A stretch of 62,844 bases of DNA, counting the filler, from Octopus bimaculoides (taxonomy: Eukaryota): NCBI RefSeq assembly GCF_001194135.2. It is 3 parts of 3 records of this genome, joined end to end, with 100 filler letters (N's around TTAATTAATTAA, not from the genome) between each part and the next. Parts side by side here need not be neighbours in the genome. Positions count along the whole stretch, not along the records: positions 11,654 to 38,244 come from NC_068981.1; 2 more parts are not named here. One strand, given 5' to 3'. Position 1 is the first letter of the stretch, and each line of letters begins with the position of its first letter. A program made the translations under genes and the position numbers. This document shows positions 11,673 to 25,104 of the stretch, in pieces. The notes beneath the pieces were generated by a model. It did no database searches. It saw only the letters and a list, made by a program, of their open reading frames with translations, and was not told where the DNA came from.

Positions 11673-12957
11673 CAGGCATACCTCGATTTAAGTAGTTTCG
11701 ATCTAAGTCGTTCTTGATTATACGTCGGTTTTCAAAAATAATCTATGGAAAAATAAAAATCAAGTTACATAATTTTACTCGACTTTACGTCTGTCCGCTA
11801 CGAATATTGGAATCGTAAAATCACTAGAAAACCGTTAAAAGCAAATAAAATCATGTTACAATAAATAACAATAAAAGCATATAAAATCATATTAAAATAC
11901 GTACAGTAAATGTTAATATACACACCATAAAGTAGTGTAGCTTAGTGAACGAAATCATGAAATCAGCTGTTTTGTCTTATTTATCGGTAGTTTCAATATC
12001 TACTTTCTTATTCTCATTCATTTGTGACTTCATTTCCCCCACCCGCAAAGCTCCTAAGAAAAATTCATAGGGAAAGTACTAAGCGTCATGCTATAATGCT
12101 GGAAGATAATCTGGCTATGATAAACCACCATGAAAAAGGTGAAAATGTGGTAGCAATTGCACGATCTTTCGGGATGAGTCGGACAACTGCATCGGTGATT
12201 GTACATAATAAGGACAAGGTTTTAGCACATATCAAATCTGAAGCCCCAGGGGTGAAGAACACTGTCATCAATAAGAAAAAAGGCAAAATCTTTGAAGAAA
12301 TAGAAAGTCTTCTTTCTCTTTGAATTGTTAGGTTGAATCATCAGCGTGCTACTATTAGTCAAGAAATCATTCAAGAGAAAGCGTTGTCTTTGTTTGAGGA
12401 CCTGAAGAAAACATATCCAGATGAGAAAGATGTAGAGTTGAAGTATGGCTCATGAGATTTAAGGAGCGAAGAAGTTATCACTCCATTAAGAAGCAAGGTG
12501 AAAGTGCATCAGCTGACGAACAAGCAGCAGCGGAATTTGTTATTTAAAATAATTTAGTTCTTTTTTTTTTTACTATTGCAAAATAATAATAATTACTGAA
12601 TTTGTCTTCTAAGCTTAAAATGTCTTATTGCAACCCGCATTCATAAATAAAGCATCCACGATGTACGGTAAACACTGCCAAATTGTATTCGTAAACTTAG
12701 ATTACTTTTTTTGTTACTGTACTGTGCTAAAAAATAAAAATTGTCTGAGCTCCAACTAGGTTTTTGTTAACCATGTATTATTGAGAATGCATTCATAAAT
12801 AAAGTACAGAGCTGGGAATGGTTATTATAAGTTTAGCCTAGAGACAAGTAAATTCGGCCTAGCCTAGCATAGAGACAAGTAAATTCAACTTAACTCGTTT
12901 TTCGACTTAAGTCGTGTCTCCCGGAACCAATTAACGACGTAAGATGAGGTATGCCTG
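11673..12957 (+). mobile_element. Non-autonomous pogo/Tigger element retaining the psq-type and CENP-B-type HTH coding region
   Basis: TIRs CAGGCATACCTC (11673) and GAGGTATGCCTG (to 12957), left TA; ORF 12024-12323 (KRHAIMLEDNLAMINHHEKGENVVAIARSFGMSRTT..) continues past a stop into IIQEKALSLFEDLK..ASADEQAAAEF; no DDE domain. Confidence 0.9.
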
Positions 12958-13654
12958 CATATATATAAAAATACACACACATGTAACGGAATATATTGCG
13001 ATATGTGGTGTGAACTAAGTTACAGACTCTGTATTGTTGCCTGTGCCTGTTACCAGTAACCAGCAACAGTTTTGTTCAGTAATAAACATATAAATTTCTA
13101 TATAATGACAACCAATATAAATATTGGCTGGTTGGTTGGTTACTGTAGTCACACTTTACATCGTATAAAGAGAGGGGAGGGAGAAAGTTAGGGAGTAAAA
13201 GGGAGATGCAGAGAGGGAGTTTACATAAGTACAGAATGAGTGAATATAGAAGGCTTGGTTTCAGGCAATGAGTAAGTGAACGCTATACATACACACATGA
13301 GACAAAAAGAATCACAGAAACAGAGAAAGAAGGAGAGTATATATTTATATATATATACAGAGAGGGAGAGAAAGAAAGAGAAAGAGAGGGATAAAGAAAG
13401 AGAGAGAAAGAAGTGAATGTGTGAACTTCAATAATATAAAATCAACATGGAGAGTAATTTTGTTCATTTAAAAAAAATTTGAATATTGTTTTCCTTTTAA
13501 AAATTAGTATTCATTTCATCATTTTGATTAAGCACTAAGAAATTCGATAAAAGTGAAATTTATAATTATTGTATATATGCTACATTTCCAGATATTATCC
13601 ATAGTACCAAGAGTATACATCCAAAGTCACCTGTCATATGACAGGACAGTTTTG

Positions 13655-13800
13655 TGATCAGAAGTTTACTTCTCAACCACATGGTCTAGCGTCCCACTGC
13701 GTGTCACTTTGGGCAAGTGCTTACTACTATAATCCGGGGCCGACCGAAGTTTTGTGAGTGGATTTGGCCGACATAAACTGGAAGAAGCCTGTCGTGTATA
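13655..13800 (+). mobile_element. SINE family B, 5' half
   Basis: ttctcaaccacatgg..ctttgggcaagtg..gtgagtggatttgg. Confidence 0.8.
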
Positions 13801-13918
13801 TATGTCTCTATATATGGTGACACATCTACTCAGACGGATACTCCTATTCGTGAGGGGTCGATGCTAGATAGGCCGAAAGAATTGTAGTGATCAATAAACA
13901 TTCTCGTATCGTCCAGCT

Positions 13919-13995
<77 letters not shown>

Positions 13996-14375
13996 NNNNN
14001 NNNNNNNNNNNNNNNNNNNNNNNNNNNNNNNNNNNNNNNNNNNNNNNNNNNNNNNNNNNNNNNNNNNNNNNNNNNNNNNNNNNNNNNNNNNNNNNNNNNN
14101 NNNNNNNNNNNNNNNNNNNNNNNNNNNNNNNNNNNNNNNNNNNNNNNNNNNNNNNNNNNNNNNNNNNNNNNNNNNNNNNNNNNNNNNNNNNNNNNNNNNN
14201 NNNNNNNNNNNNNNNNNNNNNNNNNNNNNNNNNNNNNNNNNNNNNNNNNNNNNNNNNNNNNNNNNNNNNNNNNNNNNNNNNNNNNNNNNNNNNNNNNNNN
14301 NNNNNNNNNNNNNNNNNNNNNNNNNAATGTATTTTATAAAATTACTTTAGCATTTTCTACCTTGACTTTTTTTCC

Positions 14376-14410
<35 letters not shown>

Positions 14411-14654
14411 TATAATAAAGGTGGCTTATTCGCAATTTACAACCGAAAGGAAGAACTATAGACGTCACTAAAGTGACTGAAGGTACTGGTTAGCACCAGC
14501 ATTGCTAGAAATAAAAGTCAAAACAACTCTTAGCCATGATAAAGCACTTATCTTATGACTGACAAGGGAGGCAAGATCTCTACAGCATCCGGGGCACACA
14601 CACACGCGCGCGCGCACATACACACACATATGTATGTATGTGTGTGTGTATGGG

Positions 14655-14890
14655 ATGTTTGTTTCTCCGTCTCTTGACATCGTGTAATAGTTGTAAAATG
14701 ATTGTCACAGCCATTCAAGCAGTGCCATTCATTTTCAATATTCCACAAGAACATGCCTGGCCAAATATTATTACTTTGTTCGGAAACAGGTGGTGGTCGA
14801 CGACAGNNNNNNNNNNTAGAAAATTCTACCTGAAATTCCGCCAAACCTATGCAATCATGGAGAAAATGGACGTTAAAATGATGACAATAA
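14655..14890 (+). mobile_element. SINE family C, 3' part with RTE-like (GAT) tail
   Basis: ttgacatcgtgtaatagttgtaa..ggaaacagg..gcaatcatggagaaaatggacgttaaaatgatgac. Confidence 0.65.
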
Positions 14891-15166
14891 CGGAAGTCTC
14901 ATAAATGTTTCAGAGGAAAAGTTTCAGTTTTCTTCTTCTTTAAATCTGGGACACATCAAGGAAATCGGTAATGGCTACAGAAATGATGACGATACTGACG
15001 ATGGTAATAGTGTTAGTAATAATATGAATAATAGGGAGCAATAAAACCTATTAATGTGAAAACATTTATATCAGATTATAAAGCTTTACTGAAATGAAAA
15101 CTTTCGAATTAATCCGTCTAAGGACTGGTATCATGGCAATTTCTCTTAAAACTACGCGAAAAGAAG

Positions 15167-15213
<47 letters not shown>

Positions 15214-16654
15214 NNNNNNNNNNNNNNNNNNNNNNNNNNNNNNNNNNNNNNNNNNNNNNNNNNNNNNNNNNNNNNNNNNNNNNNNNNNNNNNNNNNNNNN
15301 NNNNNNNNNNNNNNNNNNNNNNNNNNNNNNNNNNNNNNNNNNNNNNNNNNNNNNNNNNNNNNNNNNNNNNNNNNNNNNNNNNNNNNNNNNNNNNNNNNNN
15401 NNNNNNNNNNNNNNNNNNNNNNNNNNNNNNNNNNNNNNNNNNNNNNNNNNNNNNNNNNNNNNNNNNNNNNNNNNNNNNNNNNNNNNNNNNNNNNNNNNNN
15501 NNNNNNNNNNNNNNNNNNNNNNNNNNNNNNNNNNNNNNNNNNNNNNNNNNNNNNNNNNNNNNNNNNNNNNNNNNNNNNNNNNNNNNNNNNNNNNNNNNNN
15601 NNNNNNNNNNNNNNNNNNNNNNNNNNAACAACAAAATGGTTAAGAATGAAAAAATGTGGAGAGGAAAATTAAATAAATGAAGAAAAATGAATAAATATAT
15701 AAATGAAAAAAATGAATAAATATATAAATAAAAAAAAAATAACCTTCAAGAAGGAGGAAGAGAATTCAGGCATGTTGAGAAAAATACAACAAATTTACAA
15801 AAATGTGATGTAAAGCGCATGAAGATAATGAGGATAAAAAACCTCTTTTGAATTGCGCATTAGTACCATCAATTTATTCACTGTACTCTTTTTTTTCAAC
15901 TTGTTCTCCGAAAAAAAAAACTTTTACAAAAAAAAAAAAACTATCAATAGTTGCTGCCGAGAACTATTTCTAGCGGAAGTAAAATAGCGGAAGTAAGTTA
16001 TTCCGCCACTCTTAAACTATCAAGTCACTGCCAACGAAAGATATTGTTTATCTAGACTCCTAATCAGGATATGAAGTTCAGAAAAAAGTGTGAAAAGCAA
16101 GCAAATAAAAAGAAATATTGCTATGTTCAAACCTGTCTTCTAAGCACTCATTATATGAGACAATCCAGTCTAAAACAAAAGAAATATTTCGAGACATTTT
16201 TTAGTTCTAGTTGATCAGCTCGTAATGACTGATCCGCTTCGTTTAGCTAAAGCAAACGATAAGGTGTAATATTCGAAAAATAATCACCAGAAGACGAGAA
16301 AGCTGACTACATATAAATCGTATGCGTCGGCAAGAATCTACTTAGAGTGCATGAATATAATACCGACGAAATGAATATAAAAGCAGACGAAAACGTTGTA
16401 AAGATAAAAGTTCAGGAAAACATTGATAGAAATTTATACCTAATTTGAGAGAGAAGTCAATGCAAACCTAGCGGCGTGTATCTATTATTTTTTTTACTTG
16501 AGAACAGGAGAGAAGAAAGAAAGAAAGAGGGAGAGAGAGAAATAGAGAGATAGAGATAGAGAGAGGAACATGGTTCAACTTCGTCTGTGGGCGTGTTAAT
16601 TTTCCACGATCCCAAATTGGTGTTAACCGAAGTATAATGTTTAATACTAAATTA

Positions 16655-16725
16655 ACATTAATAATTAATATCAAATGAACATTAATAATATCAAATTAAC
16701 ATTAATAATATCAAATTAACGTTGA
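16655..16725. repeat. ~20-bp AT-rich tandem repeat (aacattaataatatcaaatt), 3-4 copies
   Basis: Directly visible. Confidence 0.85.
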
Positions 16726-17924
16726 TAATTAATTTTAAATCAAACTAAGGATTGAACAGCAAGTATTTTTGAACAAAGTGAAACACGTAGATACTGAACA
16801 AACATTACATGCAAGTAAGAATAAAAATGAAAAAAATTGAAAAGTAAAAGAACAAAACAAAAAACAACAAATGTTTGTATTGAAAATTTAACTATTAAGA
16901 AGCAATAATGAGTACGCAATAAACAACCTAGACATAATACCATAGACGTACCCACTTCTTGGTTGATGCTTATTGTATCAACCTTGGAACGATGAAAAGT
17001 CGACTTCAGAGTGATTTGAACTTAAAGCATAAAGAAAAGAAACTAAATACCTCGAGGTTTTTTGATTGACGCTCTATTGATTCTCTCAAACCATCATCAT
17101 AATTATAAAAACTAGCGGGACCTGTGAATATTTCACGGAATTAATGGTAAACCTATTCGGGATATTTCTGAAAACTTTATTCAAAGAACCTAAAAGCGTA
17201 GCCTGTGTTGTGTTTATATGGAAAGAAATTGGAATACGATGATTACTACACTTTATATACTTTATACACAATTTTATAGACTTAATACACAATACTCATA
17301 AAATAAATATTCACTCTTATTTTCCCTTTTTTCTCCAGAAACTAAAAAGAAATATTCTGTACATATGATACAACCTTCAGTTAAATTGCATATATCTGTC
17401 ACGTAAATAAGCGTGATTATTTCACGGAATTGCACTTGGGCGCACGCGTCACGCGATAGGTGATATAAAAAAATTCGTTCAATTTAAAAAAAAGCATTTT
17501 TCACTATCCAATCATCACCACCACCACCACCAGTAATAAATTAACCTCTAATCAAATGTATTGAGTAGTCCTTCAGTTTATTGAAAAATTGTTTTATACC
17601 ATAAAACAAACATTATATACAAAATATTCGTGTGTGTATGCCTNNNNNNNNNNNNNNNNNNNNNNNNNNNNNNNNNNNNNNNNNNNNNNNNNNNNNNNNN
17701 NNNNNNNNNNNNNNNNNNNNNNNNNNNNNNNNNNNNNNNNNNNNNNNNNNNNNNNNNNNNNNNNNNNNNNNNNNNNNNNNNNNATATTTCTGAGGGTTTC
17801 ACATAAAGTTTGTACAGAGACAAATTTTTATGAAGAGCAGGAATTGCTTAGGAAGACAAAAAATACGAGGATTAGAAAGTTTCTTTTATAGGGGCCAGAA
17901 TATTTTAAAATGATATATTGACAA

Positions 17925-18109
17925 ATTTTGGTACAAGAAGGTGGGGATAAGTCTATTACATTGACCCCAGTGTTCAACTAGTACTTATTTTATCGACCCC
18001 GAAAGGATGAAAAGCAAAGTCGACCTCGGCGGAATTTGAACTGACAACGTAAAGAAATGTCACTAACTATTTTGCTCGGCGCAATAACTATTCTGACAGC
18101 TCGCCGCCC
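17925..18109 (-). mobile_element. SINE family A
   Basis: Reverse-complement match to the family consensus. Confidence 0.9.
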
Positions 18110-18544
18110 TCGTCTTAAATAATATATTGATTTTGATAGTGTAAATAAAGTAGATGATTTGTTTTAACATTGTTATACTAATTTTATGTAAAAGTTTTAC
18201 AGTTTTTATAAAGTTAAGCATTCAAATAAAATCAATATCATATGAGATACTTTTTCCTTATTTTTTTCTAGAGTAAATATACTTTTTGCTTATTCTCATT
18301 GCATGACATTATTTTGTAACAAAAAAATTCTATGACTTTATATATAAGTAAATTCGTTCATTGTAAAAGTTTGTTATCATTTTAAACCCATAAAATATCG
18401 GGCACTCAATTTATAAAATTTCAGATTTTGTATCTTCAATAATATAAAGTAGTTACAGGTATACATTTGTAATCATACGTACGTATCTGCTAAAAAATGT
18501 AGACAACAAATCGCCATAGATTTAGAATTTGAAAATCAGAGAAA

Positions 18545-18810
18545 ACTTAACTTTTTTATTCTGTTTTCAACATTGTTTCGAGAAAGAGAAGCTTCTGGAC
18601 TTTGTAAGTTTCTACAGATTCCCGAAGGAAGAAGTCAAAAAGAACCGGTGAAACAGAACAGCAGAGATTGTTGTGAAAACTTGAAGAGAACCTTAAAATA
18701 CATGATTTTTTCTTTGAAAATAACAATGTTACAAAATATTTGATTCTTGAGAAAGTCCACACAGGAAGTACTGAAGGCGCAGTCTTCGGCGGATAAAACA
18801 TCTTTGAAAC
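18545..18810 (+). pseudogene. Decayed THAP-domain coding relic (P-element/THAP9-like or Harbinger-associated transposase N-terminus)
   Basis: Manual translation gives C..HC..VSFYRFPKEEVKKNR* and later EGAVF..IF, resembling the THAP F..FP..W and AVP motifs; stops and frameshifts present. Confidence 0.35.
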
Positions 18811-19299
18811 TTATTTGAGAGTTGTTATTTATGATTATTTTTTTACATCATGAAGCAAACAACCTTAAATCTTGGAACGAAATCGAAGCCAAATCTGTCC
18901 TGTACTATATCCTTCTTTTCAGCATAGCAGTGACCCACAGAGGTCAATATAACCGACTAAAACTTTTGAAAGCAATAACTCAGTATGACTGCAGTCAAGA
19001 GACTGAAATCACTAAAAGTGTAAATCATGTTGCAATTTTTAGGGTATGGTCTTTGCATGCAGCGCTTATCTTACTGTCTATGTTCTTCATTCGAAGATAT
19101 GGAAAGAGTTGTCTTTACTTTCGTTGGTTGAAAATCATGAGCACCATATCTACTATTTTTTGCATCCTTTTTTACGCTTGTGTTCAAAATAACCAGTCGT
19201 CTCATAAAATCTCTACCTTTATGCTGTTTAATTTTTCTGAAATCAGTGTAAGGGTTTTCGTATGCCACTATACAGTGCTTTATTTCCCTTTCATATTTT

Positions 19300-20800
19300 A
19301 AATTTCATTCATTTCAAATTAGGATCATTCTTACTGAAATCAGTTTCCAGATCTCTTTGTAGTCTATCTTTTACAATTATTGCAGTAATCGTTGAGTCCA
19401 GCTGATTAACATCAAGCTTGCTTTTGTCATTTCGTATTATGGTGGCCATGTCAACGAAATCTTCATTCAGTCCTTGTTCCAAAATCAATGTCTCGAATTC
19501 TTTAACAACTAAATTATCTAATTTTGTACCTTTTATTGAACAGGTGGTATCAATTATACCTTTGCTGAGATGACATCACCATCAATCAGAACTTTTTCTG
19601 GCAAAATAGCCTCCCAACTGTCATTTAATGTATTCTTTTTAGTTTCACGAATTACTTTTACAATTATTTACACACAATGAAAAATATTAAATTTCTTTCC
19701 CTTACATCCGAAGCAGGAAGTTTGTTTTCTTCTATAACAGTTTTTAAAGAGAAATATCGTAATTAGTTTTCAAATTAAAGTCATGCTTTGATCTCAGAAT
19801 TGAATAATCGATGTTGAAGTAGGTGGTAAGAAAACGACTTAGGATGTGTTAAATCCCAGGGTTGTGATGATGTATTAAAAAAAATTGGAAATCAATATTA
19901 TTTTCTTTCGTAAAAATTTCAGCTTTGAGACAAAGTTTTGAGAAAAACCAATTTTCGAATATTGCAGCAATCATCCACACTCCTTATTTGCATGTCTACG
20001 ACTTGAGAAGATATTTTCATTCAATCCTCTCATTGTAAATGGATTAAGAACCTTATTAATTTACAATGGTTTCATAATAATAATATTGTGATTTGATCTT
20101 TAGATGCTTCGAATCCACAAACCGTTTTATTCTATTCTATTCTTGATATAAAAGTTCCCCCAAGAAACTTTCTTCTTGAGATAGATCAGTTTCATTAGAA
20201 TTAACTATTAATGACTTGCCGGGAGACTGTATTTCGTTATGTAACCATAATATACTACAAAGTATATTAAACGCTTTATAAATGAATAGTTTGCAGTATA
20301 TTATGGTTGCATAAAAATTAACTGTATCTTTTAAAAAATAGGGACCTCCTCAAATTATGTTAGCTAATTGTAGCACAAATCTTTCCGTAGTTTTCTTACA
20401 GCTTAAGTAATTTGATATTGTTTTGGAAGTTTGGAATAAAAAATACAGGTTGAAGTTAAGTTGATTAGATGTTCAATTTGTCATGTTGATTTAAAAAAGA
20501 AAATTCTCAGTGATTTATATCATAAAGCAAAACTGACTGTAACCTTTGGAGGTTATATATTTTATTCCTAATAAGAGGGCTTTTCCAATTGTTTTCATAA
20601 CGTGACTACATGTTTATGATGTGTATTTTGAACATATTGAAGAGCCTGCGACTATACTGGTTCTTATTTTTCCTTTTTTTCTTCTTTTAATTGTTCTAAC
20701 AGTTACTTCGTCTGAACTGTTTAACATTTTCTGTTGAACCTTTTCCAGTTTGAAGCAGATTTAATATTTTAACTTTTACTTCCACAGAAAACGCCTTTCT
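19300..20800 (-). pseudogene. Heavily decayed pogo/Tigger (TIGD-like) transposase
   Basis: Manual translation: WMIAAIFENWFF..EIFTKENNIDFQFFLI (cf. KAWMT..F..WF..ILL.DN) and VFLPPTSTSIIQF*DQ (cf. FLPPNTTS.IQP.DQG); N-terminal GKGSTENVKQF HTH-like segment; many stops. Confidence 0.75.
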
Positions 20801-21227
20801 TGTCTATCTTTGGTTTAAAATTTGAAACTCTAGTATTCAGTTGTGAAAATATTAAAAAAATATATTAAAAAAGAATCTAATATATGCGCTACTTTAGCGT
20901 GCGATATACATCACTATCGCAGACGTGAAATGAAAGTAAACTGAAATGGGAACGAAAGCCGAAACAGGTGTGAAAAAACAAAATGGTATTTTAAAATGAT
21001 ATATGTAAAGTTTAAAAAACAAAGGTTGAATTATTAATATTATTTTTTACTTTACATATATCTGTCTGATGGTTTTGGTGAAAGAGATTGTTCATTTGCT
21101 TGAATTTAAAAAAAAATTTTTTTTTTTTAATTTCTGTTTATACGTTTTCTTTGTAATCCCACGCTATATCGTCCCGTAAGATCCTCGATCGTTTTGTTAA
21201 CCCTTGTGGTTAATAAAGAAAACATCA

Positions 21228-21267
<40 letters not shown>

Positions 21268-21769
21268 CATCATTTATTTATNNNNNNNNNNNNNNNNNNN
21301 NNNNNNNNNNNNNNNNNNNNNNNNNNNNNNNNNNNNNNNNNNNNNNNNNNNNNNNNNNNNNNNNNNNNNNNNNNNNNNNNNNNNNNNNNNNNNNNNNNNN
21401 NNNNNNNNNNNNNNNNNNNNNNNNNNNNNNNNNNNNNNNNNNNNNNNNNNNNNNNNNNNNNNNNNNNNNNNNNNNNNNNNNNNNNNNNNNNNNNNNNNNN
21501 NNNNNNNNNNNNNNNNNNNNNNNNNNNNNNNNNNNNNNNNNNNNNNNNNNNNNNNNNNNNNNNNNNNNNNNNNNNNNNNNNNNNNNNNNNNNNNNNNNNN
21601 NNNNNNNNNNNNNNNNNNNNNNNNNNNNNNNNNNNNNNNNNNNNNNNNNNNNNNNNNNNNNNNNNNNNNNNNNNNNNNNNNNNNNNNNNNNNNNNNNNNN
21701 NNNNNNNNNNNNNNNNNNNNNNNNNNNNNNATAGGTCTGCTTGAATGAAGGCTGACCTGGGCCTAAACA

Positions 21770-22320
21770 ACAACAACAGCAGCCAAAAACAGCAGTAACA
21801 GCAGCAGCAGTAACAGCAGCAGCAGTAACAGCAGCAGCAGTAACAGCAACAACAACGAAGTCAACATAGTAGCAGTAACGGCACCAGTAGTGAAGGAACA
21901 ACAGAAAAACAGGAATGATAGTAAGAACAAGAACAACAACAGTAACAGCAACATTTGAAACACTAGAGAAATCCACAGCCACAGCAGCAGTAGCAGCAGT
22001 ACAGCAGCAACAACAACATCAGGATTACAACAACGGTGAAAAACAACAGCATCAACCATAGAAGCAGTAACATCAATAACAAGTACAGCAGTAACAGAAC
22101 AAAAGTAAAAAAAACAAAACCCTCTCCAGAAAGAACAATAAAGACAGCAGTAGTAAGGATGACAAAAGTTGCCAATGTAGCAGCAGCAACACAACAGCAA
22201 CAACAACAGTAGCAGGACAAGAATAAAATAAAAACAATGCTGGCAATAGTAACAGAAATAGCAGCAACAGCTACATAAGCGGTAGTAGCAGCAGCAGCAA
22301 AAACAAGCGCTAAGAGCTCA
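21770..22320. repeat. Degenerate (CAG/CAA/TAG) trinucleotide-derived low-complexity tract
   Basis: Directly visible. Confidence 0.85.
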
Positions 22321-24149
22321 TTTCCATAGGTGGTCCGGATGATAAAACATACACCTCGTTCCTGGCTTGTTTTATATTTGCATATTTCTTTTATATTCAT
22401 AGTATTGATTAGAAGCCAAGAGAAAAAAGAAAAGATAGATAGAGAGGAAGAGATAGATAGAGAGGAAGAGATAGATAGATAGAAGAGGGAGAGAGAGAGA
22501 GAGAGAGGGGGGGAGGAGAAAGAGAGAGAGTGAGAAGGGGAGAGAAAGAAAGAACGGAAGAATCTTCAGCAAATTGATATTATTAATAAAAAGATATTTA
22601 TCTATTTTTAGCTTCTGAAACATAATGACTTTAAAATGGATTCTGATGACATACATACATACAAACATACATACATACATATATANNNNNNNNNNNNNNN
22701 NNNNNNNNNNNNNNNNNNNNNNNNNNNNNNNNNNNNNNNNNNNNNNNNNNNNNNNNNNNNNNNNNNNNNNNNNNNNNNNNNNNNNNNNNNNNNNNNNNNN
22801 NNNNNNNNNNNNNNNNNNNNNNNNNNNNNNNNNNNNNNNNNNNNNNNNNNNNNNNNNNNNNNNNNNNNNNNNNNNNNNNNNNNNNNNNNNNNNNNNNNNN
22901 NNNNNTATATATATATATATGTTTATATATATGTGTGTATGTATATATATATATATATATATATATAGTATTTGTGTGTGAGGTCTGGATGTAGACGTTC
23001 ATAAATGAGTGCATATAAAAGTAAGTATATATATATACACACATTCACACACATATTACAATATCTAAAACTCTCAACTACTCCACTACATTGAGTTTCA
23101 TGCCAACATAGACAATACTCAGATGGTGGCTCACTAAAGAAATAGTTCAAATGCTATGGCTATATCACCAGTATTCGGTGATCGATTGTACTGTATGGTC
23201 AATTTTCAGTTAGATTTCTAGCTGGAGTCCAATGATATGTCGATGAAGCAAAATATCAAATGCGAATGATGTCGTAAAAATAGAAGTATGACGATAAATA
23301 TCAAATAGTATTTTGAAGGGAAATCTCCACCATCCCAAAAATCATTAATTCAGCATCCAAAAACTGCATATTTTAAACACCCACTATGGTCTAAAATTCC
23401 ACTGTTATACTTTGTTATAATTTACTAAATAAAATTTGTTTTCATGGCTGCACTTACAGCAAAATTCTGAACTCTTATTTTAGAAATTGGCTTAAGTAGA
23501 TTTGTTACGATATAAGATTTTTCTGTGATGCAGAGTTTGCAGTGGTGGGAAAAGTTCGTGCATGACATTCTATAATCAGTACCATTTAATACTTAAAATT
23601 ATTGGTACGGTTATCTTTCAATTCCCATACATTACTAGAGAAGGTTGTAGCATTTCTTTTATCTTTATATATATATGCACATACGAACATGTACAGATTT
23701 ATACTCACGTGCGTATGAATATATACATATTATTGCAAACACAAGTATGTTCTCCGGCTTTCCCCTTTTATATAAAGGTTTTTCATATTTTATTATTATT
23801 TAGTTCCCTATCTTCTGTTTGGAGCTATAATTTCATAATTCTATGAAAGTTTCAAGTCCTTCTAGATCTTATTTTCTGAATGAAGTGGTTTCAGTTACGG
23901 TTATTATTGCCATATTGTTGCCTGATTCCAGGTAAGATGATTCTGGGAAAGAGAGAGAAAAAGAATCAACAGATGGTAGCAATTTACCCATCACACCTTA
24001 CATATATGATGGTTGCTTCCGTCGGTTTCGACGTATGAATGTTTGAGGAGAGAACTTAAAATGAAGGAAGGATTAAAAAAAAGAAAAAACACTAAGAAGC
24101 TGCATTTATTTGCAATGGATGCGTGAATATAATTTGAGTCTAGGTATAG

Positions 24150-24695
24150 ATTTTGCTATGAAGTCATAATGGGGACATTGATGATTTTGATTTTGCCTGG
24201 GATTGGGCAAGTGTGCCTGTTGGTTGCGGGATATAGTTCTTTCATTGTTCTTACAGCCTTCATATTGTCATATAGTGCTCTCAAGTTGTGAGAGTTAAAA
24301 GCCCGTTCCAATTGTCGGGCTTTTTTTGCCCACCAAGAAATTTTCATCTCACGCAGTTTTTTTTGTGTAGTTTTTCTAGAGATTAATAGGGATCTGAGTA
24401 TTGGTGATATGAGATCCATGCCTTGTGTCTCTTGTGCAAAGTTTCTAGGAGAGGTTTAATTTGAGAATCGTTCTTGTTGAACCAATCTTAGTGCTTGCGT
24501 TTCACGAATCCTAGAGCTACTTCAGCAGATGATTTGATGCTGTCACGAATATTATGCCACAACACTTCAGGTTCATTGCATTCCTCTATTTCCGCAAGCT
24601 TAGAATTTAAATGCATTTGAAAAATTTTTTGTCGTTTCTGGATTTTTAAAGAAGCGACGTTTATTCTCGGATGTATACTGGAATTCTGTGACATT
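24150..24695 (-). mobile_element. RTE-clade non-LTR retrotransposon fragment (region between the APE and RT domains)
   Basis: LWHNIRDSIKSSAEVALGFVKRKH and LREMKISWWAKKARQLERAFNSHNLRALYDNMKAV are typical RTE ORF motifs. Confidence 0.8.
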
Positions 24696-24706
24696 TTTGC
24701 ATGTGG

Positions 24707-24788
<82 letters not shown>

Positions 24789-25104
24789 GTGTGTGTGTGT
24801 GTATACTTGTATCTATGTACGTACATATATTTGTGTGTGTATGTGCTTATATCATTACGTAGTAAGTATGTATGTATGCTTGTATGTATGCTTGTATGTA
24901 TGCATGTATATACACTGGTGATTGGCCAATATTTTAGCCGTTTGTTCTGTAGAAAATACTTTTGAATTCATCAATAAAATATAGCTTCATTAATCTCATA
25001 TATCAAAATAGGCAAAAGAACCTGTAATCCGAGGAAACTAGTGTTGGTCTGTGGCAAGAAATAATCAGACAAAATAAAGTGAAGAATAATTTATTTGCCG
25101 AGAG

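Noticed and set aside
21763-22400. Leu/Val/Ala-rich membrane-protein-like ORFs
   Set aside because: Translation of degenerate trinucleotide repeats
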